DNA from: Escherichia phage PSD2001
Reading direction: 5' to 3' (one strand)
Sequence record: OK254198.1
Length of the DNA stretch: 64,000 nt
Shown here one piece after another: positions 62,280 through 64,000 of the stretch (within the stretch, counting starts at the first letter, position 1; every line of letters begins with the position of its first letter). The notes beneath the pieces were generated by a model. It saw only the letters and a program-made list of their open reading frames with translations, had not been told where the DNA came from and did no database searches. Position numbers and translations under genes: made by a program.

Positions 62280-64000
62280 TTATAGCGTCGCATTCATCCA
62301 GTCTTTACGCTGCTGGGAATCTTTACCGAATAGCATTTCGAACAGTTCTTTCCAGTTGTCGGGCAATTGAACAACTTCGAATACCGGTTCGAGCAATACA
62401 CGTTTATACTCGGAATCTTCCAGAGAACCAAGTCCCTTGATATATCGGATGGTGTGCTTCGGAAGTTTATCCTTAGCTTCTTCATAGTCAGGAAGAGAAT
62501 AGAACCATTCTTGTTTATCTTTGAGCTGTGCAATAATAACAGGAGTTTTCACAAAGCGAATTCGTCCTTCATGGAACAGCTCCGGCCAGTTACTGAAAAA
62601 CGCCAATAATGATGGATAGATACTACCGACACCATCCACATCCGCATCTGTCATGATAGCAATGTTTCGGTAATTCATATTCTCGGCCGGCTGACCAATC
62701 GTTAACCCAGTAATTGCACACACATCAAAGGCTTCGGCGTTCTTCATAACGTCAACGGCTTTCAGACCCCATGTGTTTTTAAACTTACCACGTAATGGAT
62801 AAGCACCTTGCAATTCACGGTCGCGAACCTTGATAAATGGACCAGTTGCAGAATCACCCTCGGTCAGGAACAGAGTCGTTTCCAGCTTATCATTGCCCCA
62901 TTCGTTGGCCTTGATATGCTTCTGTACCTTGGCCTTTGAAGCTTTCTTATTTGCCTTAGTCTCTGCTGCTTTCTCTGCAGCCAATTTACGGGCTAACGCA
63001 GCTTCAACAATCGGCATAATCAGCGGTTCATTTTTCAGAATAGCTTGCGCGATTTTCTTAGCATCAATCTTAATGTGATTTCGGATTTCACCAGCCGGAG
63101 AAGTCAATCGCTCCTTGGTCTGGGAATCAAATCGCATGTTGCTCATATCGCGGATGAACATAAGCATGGTGAGACATTCTTTAACTCGTGCCTTGGTCAC
63201 CTCGATGCCTTTATATTTGCGCTTAATCGCCGGCTGAAGGTGTTCACAGATATCATCCATAACACATTCAACGTGGTGTCCGCCATTCTTTGTATGAATG
63301 TTGTTGACATAAGTCAGCTGACGGAAACCGTCCGGGCTGGTCGTAAAGGCCATCGATACTGTATCAGTTTCCTGGATAACAACTTCAGTCCCGAATTGCT
63401 TGGAGAACTTCTTGAAATTACCATCAACCTTTTTACCATTAAAGGTGAACTGAATATCCGGATAAACAACCGCGAGAGTTTGCAGACGGTCCAATGTAAT
63501 ATCCAGATAAATCTGGGACAGACTATTTTCTTCAAAGTGACTAAAATCTGGAACAAATATAACAGTTGTACCTTTGCCCTTAGATTTCTTGGTGGACCAA
63601 CCTTTGTTTTCCATACCGTTGGAGCAGTTAACGGTGATTTCATTTGCACCATCAGCGGTAATCCCGGTGAACAATACAGAGAAAATATTGGTCAGAGAAG
63701 ACCCGACACCATTCATCCCGCCAGTTTTACGTTCAGCATCATCACCGAAGTTGCCACCGGCTTTTGGAATAGTCCATGCTGCAACAGGGCCAGGGATTTG
63801 TTCACCGTTTTGGTCTGTAACCATTGCTTGTGGAATACCACGGCCATTATCAGAAACCGAAATCTGATTATCTTTAATTTGGACATCAATTTTATTGGCA
63901 AATTTAAAACTGGTGCGAATTGCTTCATCAACAGAGTTATCGATAATTTCATCAATCAGTTTTACAATACCAGGAACATAGCTTACGGACTTATATTCAC
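62280..64000 (-). CDS. 39: DNA topoisomerase II large subunit gp39, GyrB-like, 5' partial (runs off window end)
   Basis: Reading frame stays open from the window end (LIDEIIDNSVDEAI ATPase motif) through the Toprim LTEGDSATG to the stop at 62280; the track begins at an internal ATG. Confidence 0.85.
   Translation of the reverse strand, partial: EYKSVSYVPGIVKLIDEIIDNSVDEAIRTSFKFANKIDVQIKDNQISVSDNGRGIPQAMVTDQNGEQIPGPVAAWTIPKAGGNFGDDAERKTGGMNGVGSSLTNIFSVLFTGITADGANEITVNCSNGMENKGWSTKKSKGKGTTVIFVPDFSHFEENSLSQIYLDITLDRLQTLAVVYPDIQFTFNGKKVDGNFKKFSKQFGTEVVIQETDTVSMAFTTSPDGFRQLTYVNNIHTKNGGHHVECVMDDICEHLQPAIKRKYKGIEVTKARVKECLTMLMFIRDMSNMRFDSQTKERLTSPAGEIRNHIKIDAKKIAQAILKNEPLIMPIVEAALARKLAAEKAAETKANKKASKAKVQKHIKANEWGNDKLETTLFLTEGDSATGPFIKVRDRELQGAYPLRGKFKNTWGLKAVDVMKNAEAFDVCAITGLTIGQPAENMNYRNIAIMTDADVDGVGSIYPSLLAFFSNWPELFHEGRIRFVKTPVIIAQLKDKQEWFYSLPDYEEAKDKLPKHTIRYIKGLGSLEDSEYKRVLLEPVFEVVQLPDNWKELFEMLFGKDSQQRKDWMNATL

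Overview
This window is a contiguous ~64 kb stretch of a T-even (T4-like, Tevenvirinae) myophage genome, with T4 gene order conserved throughout. Assignments rest on reading the six-frame translations against remembered T4 protein sequences and motifs; no database search was run. Gene order: uvsW (5' partial), uvsW.1, uvsY, baseplate genes 25, 26 (minus) and 51, 27, 28, 29, 48, 54 (plus), two tandem alt-type ADP-ribosyltransferases, DNA ligase (30), a 30.x accessory cluster, rIII-like, 31, cd, a cd.x cluster, an HNH homing endonuclease on the opposite strand, pseT, the spanin pair, alc, rnlA, denA, nrdB, nrdA, td, frd, an frd.x cluster, 32, 59, 33, dsbA, rnh, tail fibre genes 34, 35, 36, 37, 38, holin t, asiA, arn-like, motA, 52, ndd, denB, rIIB, rIIA and topoisomerase gene 39 (5' partial, runs off the window). 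No tRNA, rRNA or CRISPR array was seen. T2-type rather than T4-type traits: a glycine-rich gp38 adhesin, a gp37 with a C-terminal chaperone-like domain, uninterrupted td, nrdB and gene 39. The most interesting content is in the accessory regions: a NADAR-like protein beside the two alt genes, a truncated alc paralog, the HNH insertion, and a family of repeated promoter plus stem-loop cassettes in front of small early genes. Caveats: the ORF track reports GTG/TTG starts as M and takes the longest ORF, so several starts were trimmed to the first ATG with a Shine-Dalgarno; my hand indexing of the printed sequence disagreed with the track by 1-3 nt in places, so coordinates of features not in the track are approximate.
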